From: the human T2T-CHM13v2.0 reference genome, Homo sapiens
Length of the DNA: 64,000 nucleotides
Assembly: GCF_009914755.1 (NCBI RefSeq)
Contig: NC_060926.1
Direction: 5' to 3' (one strand)
The translations under genes were made by a program, and so were the position numbers. Below are positions 26,382 to 44,620 of the stretch, one piece after another. The stretch's first letter is position 1. Each line of letters opens with the position of its first letter. Under the pieces are notes generated by a model. That model had not been told where the DNA came from, did no database searches, and saw only the letters and a list, made by a program, of their open reading frames with translations.

Positions 26382-26752
26382 TGAAATGAAATGAAATGAT
26401 GAAATGATGACATGAAATGAAATGATGAAATGATGAAACGAAATGATGAAATGAAGAAATGAAATGAAATGATAAAATGATGAAATGAAATGATGAGATG
26501 AAATGGTGAAATGAAACGATGAAATGATGAAATGATGAAATGGAATGATGAAATGAAATGATGAAATGAAATGGTGAAATGAAATGAAATGAAATGAAAT
26601 GCTGAAATGAAATGATGAAGTGAAATGGTGAAATGAAATGAAATGATGAAATGAAATGAAAAGATGAAATGATGAAATGAAGAAATGGTGTGAAATGATG
26701 AAATGAAATGATGAAATGAAGTGAAATGATTAAATGATGAAATAATGAAATG
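26382..26752 (+). repeat. (GAAAT/GAT)n satellite-like simple repeat
   Basis: About 370 bp of gaaatgaaatgatgaaat units, abutting the L1 5' end. Confidence 0.92.
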
Positions 26753-26867
26753 AGGGGTGGAGCCAAGATGGCTGAATAGGAACAGCTCTGGTCTACAGCT
26801 CCCAGCATGAGCGACACAGAAGATGGGTGATTTCTGCATTTCCATCTGAGGTACCGGGTTCATCTCA

Positions 26868-27188
26868 CTAAGGGAGTGAAAAACAGTGGGTGCAGCGCAC
26901 TGTGTGGGAGCCGAAGCAGGGCGAGGCATTGCCTCGGGAAGCACAAGGGGTCAGGGAGTTCCCTTTCCTAGTCAAAGAAAGGGGTGACAGATGACACCTG
27001 GAAAATAGGGTCACTCTCACCCTAATACTGTACTTTTCCAACAGGCTTGGAAAACGGCACACCAGGAGATTGTGTCCCGCACCTGGCTCAGAGGGTCTTA
27101 TGCCAATGGAGTCTTGCTGATTGCTAGGACAGCACTCTGAGATTAAACTGCAAGGCGGCAGTGAGGCTGGGGGAGTGGGGCCCGCCAT
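26868..27188 (-). CDS. L1 antisense ORF0, open (106 codons)
   Basis: ATG at 27188 (reverse strand) gives MAGPTPPASLPPCSLISECCPSNQQDSIGIRPSEPGAG...IRVRVTLFSRC..., matching primate L1 ORF0 (MAGAPPPASLPPCSLISDCCASNQRDSVGVGPSEPG...). Expression is unknown. Confidence 0.6.
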   Translation of the reverse strand: MAGPTPPASLPPCSLISECCPSNQQDSIGIRPSEPGAGHNLLVCRFPSLLEKYSIRVRVTLFSRCHLSPLSLTRKGNSLTPCASRGNASPCFGSHTVRCTHCFSLP

Positions 27189-27507
27189 TGCCCAGGCTTT
27201 CTTAGGTAAACAAAGCAGCCAGGCAGCTGGAACTGGGTGGAGCCCACAACAGCTCCAGGAGGCCTGCCTGCCTCTGTAGGCTCCACCTCTGGGGGCAGGG
27301 CACAGACACACAAAAAGTCAGCAGTAACCTCTGCAGACTTAAATGTCCCTGTCTGACAACTTTGAAGAGAGTAGTGGTTCTCCCAGCACGCAACTGGAGA
27401 TCTGAGAATGGGCAGACTGCCTCCTACAGTGGGTCACTGAACCCCGAGCAGCCTAACTGGGAGGCACCCTCCAGTAGGGACAGACAGACACCTCACTCGG
27501 CCGGGTA

Positions 27508-27636
27508 GTCCTCTGAGACCAAACTTCCAGAGGAATGATCAGACAGCTGAATTTGTGGTTCACGAAAATCCGCTGTTCTGCAGCCACCGCTGCTGATACC
27601 CAGGCAAACAGGATCTGGCATGGACCTCTAGCAAAC
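27508..27636 (+). promoter_or_regulatory. 129-bp L1 5'UTR segment carrying the ZNF93 repressor site
   Basis: Sits between ...gggta and tccaacagacctgcag, which are contiguous in L1HS; the intervening length here is 129 bp. Confidence 0.75.
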
Positions 27637-27764
27637 TCCAACAGACCTGCAGCTGAGGGTCGTGTCTGTTAGAAGGAAAACTGACAAACAGAAAGGACAC
27701 CCACACCAAAAACCCATCTGTACATCACCATCGTCAAAGACCAAAAGTTGATAAAACCACAAAG

Positions 27765-28776
27765 ATGGGGAGAAAACAGAAAAACTGGAAACCCTAAAAA
27801 GCAGAGTGCCTCTCCTTCTCCAAAGGAATGCAGTTCCTCACCAGCAATGGAACAAAACTGGATAGAGAATAACTTTGACGATTTGAGAGAAGAAGGCTTC
27901 AGATGATCAAACTACTGCGAGCTACAGGAGGAAATTCAAACCAATAGCAAAGAAGTTAAAAACTTTGAAAAACTATTAGACGAATGTATAACTGGAATAA
28001 CCAATGCAGAGAAATGCTTAAAGGATCTGATGGAGCTGAAAGCCAAGTTTCGAGAACTACGTGAAGAAGGCAGAAGCCTCAGGAGCCAATGCAATCAACT
28101 GGAAGAAAGGGTATCAGTGATGGAAGATGAAATGAATGAAATGAAGGGAGAAGGGAAGTTTAGAGAAAAAAGAATAAAAAGAAATGAACAAAGCCTGCAG
28201 GAATTATGGGACTATGTGAAAAGACCAAACCTATGTCTGATTGGTGTACCTGAAAGTGACGGGGAGAATGGAACTAAGTTGGAAAACACTCTGCAAGATA
28301 TTATCCAGGAGGACTTCCCCAATCTAGCAAGGCAGGCCAACATTCAGATTCAGGAAATACAGAGAATGCCATAAAGATACTCCTCAAGAAGAGAAACTCC
28401 AAGACACATAATTGTCAAATTCACCAAAGCTGAAATGAAGGAAAAAATGTTAAGGGCGGCCAGAGAGAAAGGTCGGATTACCCACAAAGGGAAGCCCATC
28501 AGACTAACAGCTGATCTCTCAGCAGAAACTCTTCAAACCAGAAGAGAGTGGGGGCCAATATTCAACATTCTTAAAGAAAATAATTTTCAACCCAGAATTT
28601 CATATCCAGCCAAACTAACCTTCACAAGTGAAGGAGAAATAAAATCCTTTACAGACAAGCAAATGCTGAGAGATTTTATCACCACCAGGCCTGCCCAAAA
28701 AGAGCTCCTGAAGGAAGCACTAAATATGGAAAGGAACAACTGGTACCAGCCACTGCAAAAACATGCCAAATTGTAA
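27765..28776 (+). pseudogene. L1 ORF1p, disrupted
   Basis: ATGGGG at 27765; a 5-nt deletion near codon 6 shifts the frame; stops at 27904 and 28372; fragments ...KRPNLCLIGVPE... and ...MERNNWYQPLQKHAKL. Confidence 0.93.
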
Positions 28777-28839
28777 AGACCATCGAGACTAGGAAGAAAC
28801 TGCATCAACTAACGAGCAAAATAACCAGCTAACATCATA

Positions 28840-32623
<3,784 letters not shown>

Positions 32624-32879
32624 ACAATGAGAACACATGGACACAGGAAGGGGAACATCACACTTCGGGGACTGTTGTGGGGTGGGGGGAGTGGGGAGGG
32701 ATAGCATTAGGAGATATGCCTAATGCTAAATGACAAGTTAATGGGTGCAGCACACCAACATGGCACATGAACACTTATGTTACAAACCTGCACATTGTGC
32801 ACATGTATCCTATAACTTAAGGTATAATAATAAAATAAAATAAAATAAACAAAATATACACTAATACAGATTAACCAAC

Positions 32880-35130
32880 TTAAAAAAATAGTAGAGAAAG
32901 GTCATTTAAAAAATATGAAGAACAGAGTAATAATCTAACACGTTGAAATCTAAGAAGGAGAAAACAGCTTGTCTGAACAGCATTTTAAGTGGCAATGTTA
33001 GAGGTTTTATAAAAATTGGCCAATAATATTAAACCTCAGGTTCAGGAGACTTTTCAAAGCAAAGGAAAAGACACACAGAGGACACATCTAGAAACATAAT
33101 GGGACAATTTCCGAAAAGTAGAAGAAAAATGTAAAGAGCACTAGATAAAAAAAATTGGGCTAACTACAAAGAGAAAGAGTTGACTGATAACAACTTTCTC
33201 AAATGAAACAACGAAAGCCAACAAGTGAGGTACTGATATCTTTCAAGTCCTGAAATAAAATAAGTGCTGACCTAGAACTGTCTACTTGGTGGACATATCC
33301 ATCAAAAGCAAAGATACAATAAAGAATTTCTCCCAAGCAGACCCATAGGAAAAGAAATACTGAAGATTATTCTTCAGGTAGAAGAGCCATGATCCCTGAT
33401 GAAAGTTTGCAGTTAGAACAATTTTTTTAATGAAAGAAATAAACATAGAGAGAAATTTAATTGGATATCGACTGTATAACAGAATGCTATCTCATAAAGT
33501 TTAAAATGTATCCTCCATACAACGGCAGAAGCATTTAAGTTGTGAGTTGGATAAATTAATTTTAAAATATTGTCAAGTTTTTTTTTTTTTGCAAATAGAC
33601 AAATGTACCAATTATATTAGACCCTGAATTCAATAATGCACGTTGTATTAAACCAGGTAAAATATAACCAGACCAGATTTTTTAAATGGACTCTCTTAAA
33701 GTTTTTATAATTTATATTCATATTTCACATATGTTGAAAGTAAATAATGGAAAAGCATGCAATGCAAATATTAACCAAAATATAGCTTTAGTTGTACTTA
33801 TATTCACATTTTAAAAGTTGGACACAGTTAAGTCTCAGTGATTTTTTTACACAACGGAGGCAAGCTGTGCAGTTATAAATAGTATTATATTATGCTCTTG
33901 GCCTGATTACAGAAGGGAAAGGGGCGATCATACCAGACAATGGCAGAATGAAGCAACAAGGAGTAGAGTTACAGAACATGATGCTGTAACTGGGACTGGA
34001 GTTACTCTTTTAGAGTTAAAGAATAGTAAACTGGGCAAAATATATGGAACATTTTTTTGAAGTACTGAACATCAGGCAGCGCAGGACTCTGCTCTGCAAG
34101 AGAAGAGAAGGAGGCAGAATGAGTCCTGCTTTATTCCCAGATTCTCCGTGACAGCAGTAGAGAGGAATCCCAGAGAGAGCAGACATTGTCATTGCACTGA
34201 GGAACCAGATAAAAATCAAAAAAGGTTAAGTAGCTGGAATGTGTAGTAGAAGAGAACGTTTACAGAAAAAGGAATCAAGAATCAGCCTAAGGATTCTCCC
34301 AAGTCCCTAAGCCAAAGGACTCTACCAGGGAGTTGGAAGAAGAACACTTCCCTGGCATCACATGACAGGAAGACACGTTAGCTCTGACAAGCCAGAGAAG
34401 GGAATCCCCTCTGTACCTCCAGGATATTCAGTAAAGACCACTGGAGGTTCATGCCGTAGTGACAGTGCTCATTTAGCTCCAAATTACAGATGGCTCTAGA
34501 CTAACTCCACAAAGTTTAAAGAGAAGATTTAAAACAACAACAGACAAATACTCATCCTGAAGTTACTGAACTGCCTGCCACAACATTGTTCAAAGGTAGC
34601 CAATAAAATCTAGATATTCAATAGCATAACATCAAAATACCCCCAAAAAAAAAAACTCTGACATGCAAAGAAGCCGTAAGATATATATAATTAAGATATA
34701 TATTAACAGGATAAAAATAAGTCATTTATAAATGACAGAAAAGAAGGAAATTTCAAGGTCCTTAAAGTAAATATATTTTATAAATACATATAGATAAATA
34801 CATATATATGTCAAGGTACTTAAATGAAAATTGAACATAGGAGAAAAATAGAAGTTATAAAATGAAAAATGTGACATGTATAGATGGAAAAAAAATATTT
34901 GAAATAAAAATTCCATGAGATTGAATAAGTAATGGATTTTACCCTAACATCAGAAAATTTATAGAAAAAAATAGAAGCTTTACAAACTAAAGGACAAAGG
35001 GTAAACTAAAATAAGAAAGCCAGAAACTCACTGATACGTCAGACAATATGCAGCAGTGTAACATACATGTAATTAATATCTCAAAAAGGATGGGTGGGGA
35101 AATTACAGGTGAATAAAGAATGGTACACTC
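32880..35130 (+). mobile_element. Ancient L1M ORF1/5' fragments
   Basis: A-rich degenerate ORF1-like phrases (gactgataacaactttctcaaatgaaacaacgaaagcc...gatatctttcaagtcctga...cctagaact). Boundaries are approximate. Confidence 0.5.
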
Positions 35131-35177
35131 ATTCCTGAGGGCACCGAGGAGGGAGGATAGCTTTAGATTTCTAAGGG

Positions 35178-35300
35178 AGGGTATTATCCATTCATGAAGG
35201 TCCAACCCCATGACCAAACACCTCCCAGTAAGCCCCACCTGCAACATTGGGGATCAAATTTTAACATGAGATTGGAAGGGGCAAGCATTCAAACCATAGC
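35178..35300 (-). mobile_element. MST (MaLR) LTR fragment
   Basis: ccattcatgaagg...catgaccaaacacctccc...aacattggggatcaaattttaacatgagatt...aaaccatagca. Confidence 0.75.
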
Positions 35301-36671
35301 AAGAGTTAAATTTCCTTTTTAAGAAAATCACTGATATGATTCCATTTCGCCATAGATAAAAGCTGGTATTTCAGCCTACCATTGAGTGTGCTTATAGCTC
35401 ACCAAAAGGGCACTCTGTCTCGGGAATACAGATTTGCCTAGAGGTATCCTAGTGCAGTCAAAGAAAGAGCAATGAGGGATAGAAAAGGTTAGTGATGGAG
35501 ACACCAGCGCTGCATTTTGCAACAAACAATGTGAAAATTTTACGGATTGGTTCAGCTAACTTACTACAGTTTACATTCCTCTCAGGTGGGAGAATTGTTG
35601 CGTTTTTTTCTCAAGATAGAAAAGCAATTCAGATAATCTGAAATCTCCACAAGAAGGATAAGAAGCACAGCAGAAACTATTCTAGGCAGGAAGTCAATCC
35701 TTTCAACTGTCTGTGCTCCATAGAAACAATTGTCTGCACTGGGAGTCATATGAGGTACAGACAACAGCCAGACCTCTGATCCTCTCATTAGTGATTTCAG
35801 AAGAAATTACCAGTCAACTGAGTAATTCACTGAGTAAAGTAAACATTTGGCACTGAAAGAGGTTAGACGGATAACTATTTGTATCACCATATTCATGAAG
35901 CTGGAATATTTTCCATTACTGGTATCACATCCGAATGGAAGATGTTAAAAGGTCTCTCATCTTGTAAGATGGATATGAAAGAACATTTTCTGAGAAATGA
36001 AATTATTAACACACCTGCGAGGCGGATGGAAGAGAAAAAAAAGAATAATCAGCTTGAGTTCTTCTCCTTGATAAGACAACTCACTAAAAACATAAAGAGA
36101 AAAATACAAGTTTAAAATAATTAACCAGAAGAAGACGACTCTAGAGTTTTTAAATTGCTGATAAGATTTTAATTTGCTCCAAGTTGAAAATAATTATATT
36201 GCTTGTGTTTTAAGACACATAATGAGCAATTATATCACACATGATAGTTTCAGCAGTAAAATAGTATCCGTTAACAGCTGGAACTCATAAAAGCATAGCA
36301 CAATGTGAAGATGGAATTTGCTAAAATAAACCATCTGCTGAAAACTACTATTCTGCAAATTTAAAAATAAAGTTTAAATGTTATTTGTCTTATTTAATAG
36401 GTCTGTGAAAAAAATGCGCTATTTGAAAAGTAGGTGCTACCTTAATTAATTCTTTATATTAGACGGCTGGTTACAGTAATGCACAGTAAGGTGCCACATA
36501 GATATATTGCTAAATTTTCTGCATATACTATGTATTTGGCTTAAATTATTTGAAATTTTATAGTCAAAATAACAAATGTATATTTAAATGTTTTGACACA
36601 AATTGCAAATATACCTTTAAAAAGCGTCTTACCCTCTAAATATTATTTGTCACCTATATATTTGTCTTTTC

Positions 36672-37606
<935 letters not shown>

Positions 37607-38581
37607 CTCCATATGTACAATAAATATTATTGTGATTTTTAATCTTTTCTGTGGAGAAAACACAGGTGTGATTGCTAGTGTAGCTGAACATCGTTTATTT
37701 GACAATATTGCACTTGTGTGTGGGTGTGTGCCTGTGTAGCTACTCTTTAATTTTGTTCTCACATAATGATTAGATATTAACAATTAATTCAGTAAAATGT
37801 ATGTTTTGCAATATTTCTCCATGTTATTATGCTTTAAATTAGTTTAATCATGCCCCTATAATGTGTACATTTTAACCTTTGACTATAGGTCTCAATCTTA
37901 CTTTGGTTCCTGTATTTGAATTTATGCTAATAAAGTCCTACAGCTAAAAAAGATGATATAAACTAATCTACATTTTTACTAGTATTCTGGTGTCACTTTA
38001 AATTATGTAATGAAATCAAATTTTAATTTGGATTATTGTTATCTGAGTTAAGGATCTAAATTTTTAATTTTATTATAAATATTACATAATTATTTCTGAA
38101 CCATACGTTGACTAATCTGCCCTTTATATGATGTGCATTATAAGAGCTTGGGATTGTTTTATTTGCAAAGATGAATGCTTGAGAAGTAGATATTTAATCA
38201 TAACATTTCAAAATCTACTGGATAACCTAGAATTGAAAAATAGCCTATAGGTTGAAAAACTCCTGTAGTGAAGAAAGAAAATAACTAATATACAGTGACA
38301 ATATAAATATTATAAGTATTTATTGTATTATCGCCCTGAAATTTGATAATACAAACATGTAATATCTACATATCATCCATATATCAGGTCATAAAAAATC
38401 AATACATTCTTCAAAAGTTTAGCATAACAGAAAATGCACTCTCTCTCCTTGATGGAATTAAGTTACCAATAAAAGTAAAAATAAGTAGATAAGTAGATGG
38501 AAGTAGATGTTTAAAAACAAAGAAAAATATTTGTTTTGGATAACATAAAATCTCAATTGACAATTCCAACATTTCCAGAAC

Positions 38582-38773
38582 TTTGCCTGTCAACTGGTGG
38601 AGAGTTTTCCCCAGGAGACATTTGTCAATGTCTAGGGTTATTGTGGGGATGTCAAGACTGGTGGAGGTGTGAAATTTAGAGGTCAAACGAAACACCTAGC
38701 ATTGCTAGGGCAGCCTCCCACAACAAAGAATCCTCTGGTCCTAAAGTTAAGTAGCACCAAGGTTGAGAAACCA
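38582..38773 (+). mobile_element. MER20 hAT DNA transposon
   Basis: ccccaggagacatttgtcaatgtct...cagcctcccacaacaaagaat...caaggttgagaaacc. Confidence 0.75.
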
Positions 38774-38890
38774 TAATCTAGACAGCAAACACTACGTAGC
38801 TATTCCAAGTGCTCAGGAAAACACATCAGTGCCCTCGAGGGGAAAAGTGTGAACATTTTAATTGCCGTACATGGTGACACAAATCCATGT

Positions 38891-39343
38891 TGTTAATCTA
38901 AGTGGAAGGGGCTGAAGCACAAAACGTAATTCAAAGAGTTTACTTGAGCCACAATGAGGACAGCTGCCTGGAAGAAACAGACCCACGTATCCTTGGATAT
39001 GAACTCCCTTTGGAGCTTTGCAACAAGCAGTTTCTTAAAGGCAAAAAAGGGTCCAGAAGTGGGATGATCCAAAGAGGTTTGTCACAAATTCTCATTGGCT
39101 TATGGAAATAACATTTATTAGTGACTGGCTATACACTGTTACACTATTATTGGGTGTGTATTATAGTGTCTGGAGTGGCGTTATTGGTTAATTTATAGCT
39201 ACTGTGGCAACTGCAAGCAGCCTAGATGAACACACAGCTCAAAGAGGAGCAGGACAGAACTGCTGTCTCATTTGAATATCTCTCTGGGCCTGATTATTTA
39301 AAAGGACTTGCATTTCTCACATGAAAGTTATTTTCTTTTCTCA
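38891..39343 (-). mobile_element. MER4-group ERV1 LTR (MER93-like)
   Basis: Starts tgttaa and ends ttttctca; internal aaagagtttacttgagcca...gaggacagctgcc...ttctcattgg...aatttatagctac...ctctctgggcctgat. Confidence 0.65.
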
Positions 39344-39498
39344 ATGTCCATAAACGAGAATAAATATAGATCTTTTCGAGGATGAAGTAAATGGAATGAA
39401 AAACAAAACCCAAGCTGACCAGAAATCATAGAGGGAAGAAAAGGTTATAAATATATGGATTTTTCAAAGTGATTTTAAGCTATTAGGAATCAGTTAAA

Positions 39499-40064
39499 TG
39501 TTGGGGGATTTTGTCTGAGAATGGGCTAAAGGAGAATGTCCCTTTTGCCTTCTGAAGTTTCCCTGAAAATCACTAATAGGAGGCAGATAAATAGTAGAAA
39601 AGGCATACAGGTTTCTGCAATGTGTGTACACTGGAGCCCTTAGAACGAAGACCCAGACACACGATGCGTGCAGAAGCTCATCTACCACATGAAGTTTACA
39701 GAAAGAATGGGGTCTTGGATCACAGGGAAAAAAAAAAAAGGTTATGTGAGAAAACGACCCTGGCTAGCGACAGTGGGCTTATTACATAGGTGGAACCTCA
39801 CTGGGAGCAGTCCTCAGAGAGAATAGAGAAAAAATGTTTCTTTCAGACCTTTGGAGACCTCAGACTCTCAGTTAACCTTTCCTAGATCCAGACAAGGGGG
39901 CAGACCTCAGAGAAAGCCTGGCTGCATCAAGGCAGATTCTCTACTGACGCAAATCTCCCCAAGACAGCTTTGCAGCTAAGTTTGCATTTCCAGCCCTTCT
40001 CAATAGCCATTTTGAAATATATCAAGGAAATATATTTAGGGGTAAAATATATTAGTTTCCCTCA
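39499..40064 (-). mobile_element. MER34/MER39-family ERV1 LTR
   Basis: cagactctcagttaacc...tagatccagacaagg...gcagattctctac...gccattttgaaatatatcaaggaaatatatttaggggtaaaatat...ccctca. Confidence 0.72.
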
Positions 40065-40069
40065 TACAG

Positions 40070-41620
40070 CTATAAAACATACAGGAATAATTTTTGTCAA
40101 TGTCTACTACAAATCCAATATAGCAGTAATTATAAAACCCACCAGATATTGAAGAAAAAATATGTAGAGTACATCAATTGCAAATGTTGATACTAAAATG
40201 CCAAATAAAATAAAAATAATATCCAACAATATTTGAAACAGTAAGACAAGAAATTGGCAAACAAAATAAAACAAATATCCACCTTGGGGGTGAAAGTGTG
40301 TTTCCAAATTTGGTAATCCACTAATATTAACAATCATATTGATTAGCCCAAATTAAAAATAAATAGGGGATTCTCAGTACATGCTAAAATATATTTGTTA
40401 AAAGGCAATATTCATGTCTTTAAAGATTTTAAATGCTATAAAGAGTCTGATATTCTATACGCAAACATGTGTATGTCCATTAGAAGAATAGAGGCCTGAT
40501 TTTCATATGTTACTACATAGAGATAGAGAAGTGGATAGATTAATTTGCATATGCATAGAGAAAGCATAAAATAGAAATTTACTATCATATTAAAGGAATT
40601 TTAATTCAACAATAAAATAATTCAAAGGTAAAATTTTAAATATTTTTAACAGGTACATTATTAATATTAGATAATATTTATAATAATTGTGAAAATATTC
40701 AATGCTAAAATAAGATACAATGTCTAAACATCAGTATTAAAACTAGTATAAATATTTGCTTGTTTATACAAGGAAAATTCAAGCTCGACCTAAAATTATA
40801 TAGGAAATAAAAGAAAAATTTTAAGGGAGCTCTTTAATAACATAAACATATATATATATACACACACACATATGACATGTATATATGTTATATGGGATAG
40901 ATATAGATTTAACATGTTATATCTATATTTGTATCTATAACTACAGCTGTATGTATCTACATTTCTATATATTTACTCAGTGATATAAACATAGACTGGA
41001 ATAAATATAAAGACACATATGATTCTTGGATAAAAAGGATTTAGTGTCATAAAGACAAATTCTTTCCAAATTCACTTATGAATTCACAACAATATACAGT
41101 TTCATTAGTATAATTTAAAACTTTTAAATAAATTCCAAGATTCATTTAAAGGAATATACACGTATACAAGCAGTCAAGAAAGAAGCAAGAGTGCACTTAA
41201 CTAACTTGCTATTAAAAGACATTTTTAAACTTAGTAACTAAAACTGAGCAGTACTGATTTGGAGTACTGGAATTTAGGTATATGGGATCTCAAAAGCACA
41301 GAGCTCAAGGGAGACCCCTGTATGCACGAGAGCTTAGGATGTGCTTTAGAAGGCATTACCAAACCACGGGCAAAGTTACTTTAGTGTCTTAGTCTTACTA
41401 GGTTTGAAAAGCCAGAGAAAAGACTCAAGACCACCATATAAGAGCAAAACAAAAGGACAGGGAGAGAATGTGAAGATACTGAAACATTTTACATAAAGTT
41501 GTATAAAACATCCTTTAAAGAAAATATAAAGTTTAGGATATACATCAAAATCAGCAGAGCCACTAAATAAATAAATAGGCATTGTAAAATAGCAAGAGAA
41601 AATTTAAATGGATTTCTAAA
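40070..41620 (+). mobile_element. Ancient L1M ORF2 fragments
   Basis: RT-region remnants (aaatgttgatactaaaatgccaaataaaata...atccaacaatatt; gattcttggataaaaaggatttagtgtcataaagacaaattctttccaaatt). Confidence 0.5.
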
Positions 41621-42009
41621 AAATATTGACACCTATGATTTTTAAAATATGTTTAAGAAATCCCGTATTTCACAGGGCAGCCTTTCACAACGCAGATATG
41701 TTAGGACATAAAGGTCCTTCTGTTTTTAATTTACTAGTGTTTATAGGGTTACAAATGTCTTCTACCCTTGTCTTTTGTCTGATGGTGCAAAAAATTTTCA
41801 TAAGCATGTATTTCTGAATGCCTGATGGATTGACATATATAATATGCTGCTAGTATTAAAATATGTGATGGAAAAGGCATCCAATCTTCTCACTGTTTAC
41901 ATAAATTCTAGGTTTCTCCTATTTACCTCAAGCACGTATGGAGCGAATTCTTACCTTTTAATATTGCCATGGCATTCACATTGAACATAAGTTGAACTCT
42001 CTCATATGG

Positions 42010-43131
42010 TAGCTGGGTTCAGATTCCCTTGACAATTTCCAGTTCTAACCCTCACAGTTCCTCAGTGTGGCTGGCCCAGATATTGACCCTACACAGTTGC
42101 CTCCTCCTGGTGACTACCAGCTATGGAACCGTTGGATACAACCTACCTGACTCACCCCACAGACCTCACAGCGCACATGGACAGCCCCCACACGCCAGAG
42201 TGACCTGCTCGGTTGCAGCGGGAGTCAAGAAATGTGCCTGCTGGCACTCACCCCACCGACTAGTGCCCCGTGGAAAACTTATTTGGGTAATGTTCTGGGC
42301 CCAATAAAAGCTAGAGTCCCACAGACCCCTTTTCTCTCTCCCGCTCCCCACTCATCTTCCCCATTTTGTTCAGCCCTATGAGGTGTGCTACTGTATTAGT
42401 CCATTTTCACACCACCGGTAAAGACATGCCCAAGACTGGGTAATTTCTAGAAGAAAGAGGTTTAATACACGCACAGTTCCACATGGCTGGGTAGGCCTCA
42501 CAATCATGGCGCAAGCTGAAAGGCACGTCTCACATGGCAGCAGACAAGACAAGAGAGCTTGTGCAGGGAAACTCCTCTTTATAAAACCATCAGATCTTGT
42601 GAGACTTATTCACTATCAGAAGAACAGCATGGGAAAGACCTGCCCCCATGATTCAATTACCTCCCACCTGTTCCCTCCCACAACATGTGGGAATTCAAGA
42701 TGAGATTTGGCTGGGGACACAGCTAAACCCTCTTCTCAGCTACCCTCTTCTCTCTGGATCTGTGAGTAATAAACCTACTTCTGTGATTTCCCATGTTTGG
42801 TTCTGTGGCCTCCATGTGTCTGAGCTGACCTACACTGGAACCTAACTCTCCTCCTGGCCAGGGTCTCTGAGAGTGGCTCTTGTCAGAAATACACAGGACA
42901 CAGGTCAGGCAACAGTCACCAGGCATCTCCTAGTCTCAACAGATGTTCTGTGAGAGGGAGGCCTGGTCGTGGGATGCACACCTGGCCACTGCTGGGGTAA
43001 GGAAGTGTCCTGTGAAAAGCACATGTTAAGCATCCACAACCCCCTGATCAGAACCCCAGAAAGGCAGGGCTCCAATTGACGGTCACTCTCCAGAGGCAAA
43101 CCTCAAGCCCTAACTGGAGGAAAAGAAAACA
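42010..43131 (+). mobile_element. ERVL LTR (MER54/MER73/MER74 group) split by a THE1 insertion
   Basis: cccaataaaagc...gaggtgtgctac[THE1]...gtaataaacctacttc...tgtgagaggga...cactctccagag...cctcaag...ggaaaagaaaaca. Confidence 0.6.
42392..42738 (-). mobile_element. THE1B-like MaLR solo LTR with 5-bp TSD
   Basis: tgtattagtccattttcacac...cacagttccacatggctggg...catgattcaattacctcccac...gatgagatttgg...tca; GCTAC duplicated at 42387-42391 and 42739-42743. Confidence 0.92.
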
Positions 43132-44309
43132 ATGTAAAAGTTGAATTTATCTTACTATTTCAATGATCCAGTAAAGACATTCTATGCCTGTACACCACAT
43201 ATTTTCTTCGATTGTGGATTTATTTTAGATAGAATTTTATGTCTGGCTTTCACTTTAGCCTGGTCCCTACCTCAAGCATAAGGTAAAGATTTTCCATGGG
43301 TTCTTTTCTGGTACTACTACCTGCCAGTGTGGGGTCATGTCCTAGTCTATCTTGAGGGAATCCCCCTGTTCATTATTGTCAGAGTGAGACTGTTAAGTCT
43401 TGATTTCCCTGGACAACTTCACTGCATGACTTTTAATATGATTTTTTAATATACCCTTTACTGGACAATAAATTATATAGTTATCTGAGTAAGAGATATG
43501 GTCAGGAAGAGGCATTGCCTCATTCAGCTTTTCTCTTTGGTGAACTCGCATATGTTCTCCTCACCCGCCAGTCACCTCTAAACCGTATTGTTCCAAGACA
43601 ACAAACAGAACTGGAGTGTGTATCATTCACCACTGGATTTGTGTTTACTCCATAAAGCTTCATGCTTAATAGGGTTTCTGTTAGCATTTTCTCTATTTAT
43701 TTTCCCATAAAATATCACAGGCCTTCTTCATATGGAATTATGGGTGATTTCCTTCAATCTGCATCATATCAACTTGAGGTTCATGTTGATGAAAAGTAAA
43801 ACATACGTTGAAAATATCAGTAAGGATGTTTTCCCCTCCTTTTTAGCACCTGTGCTTGTGATACAAGCACATTTTAATACAATTGTAGTCTCATGCTTTG
43901 ATCATTCCTATGATGAAAATAACATTTTTAGATAAAATATCTGAGTTTTATGAGGCCTTTAGTATGTGATGTGATAGAATATCAGAAGACCATACTTTTT
44001 TCTAGTTTTCCGTGCAATTCTATCATTGTTTCATCTTTACTCCTACCAGAGTAATTTTCCAAAATAGATATCTTGTCATTCTTCCTGTTGTTATCAGTAA
44101 ATAAGTGAAATGAAAAGCTAGATTATATAATTTATCTAGAACAAGAAAGTAGAATTGAATCTATATTCATTAATGAGACTAACCAGTCAATTACACAGAT
44201 AGGCATTTTACATTTTGAAGATCATATGGACCCATTGTCAGAAATATTATTATTTATGTCTATATGGACATCACCTGTGCATATTTACATAGAAATCAAT
44301 GAGAGCTGA

Positions 44310-44620
<311 letters not shown>

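Noticed and set aside
26365-26944. FHFIISS-repeat ORFs on the minus strand
   Set aside because: Read-through from L1 5'UTR antisense sequence into the (ATTTC)n simple repeat.
35586-35754. Possible AG...GT-bounded lncRNA exon in unique-looking DNA
   Set aside because: Only weak splice signals, no recognisable homology, and no transcript evidence available from sequence alone.
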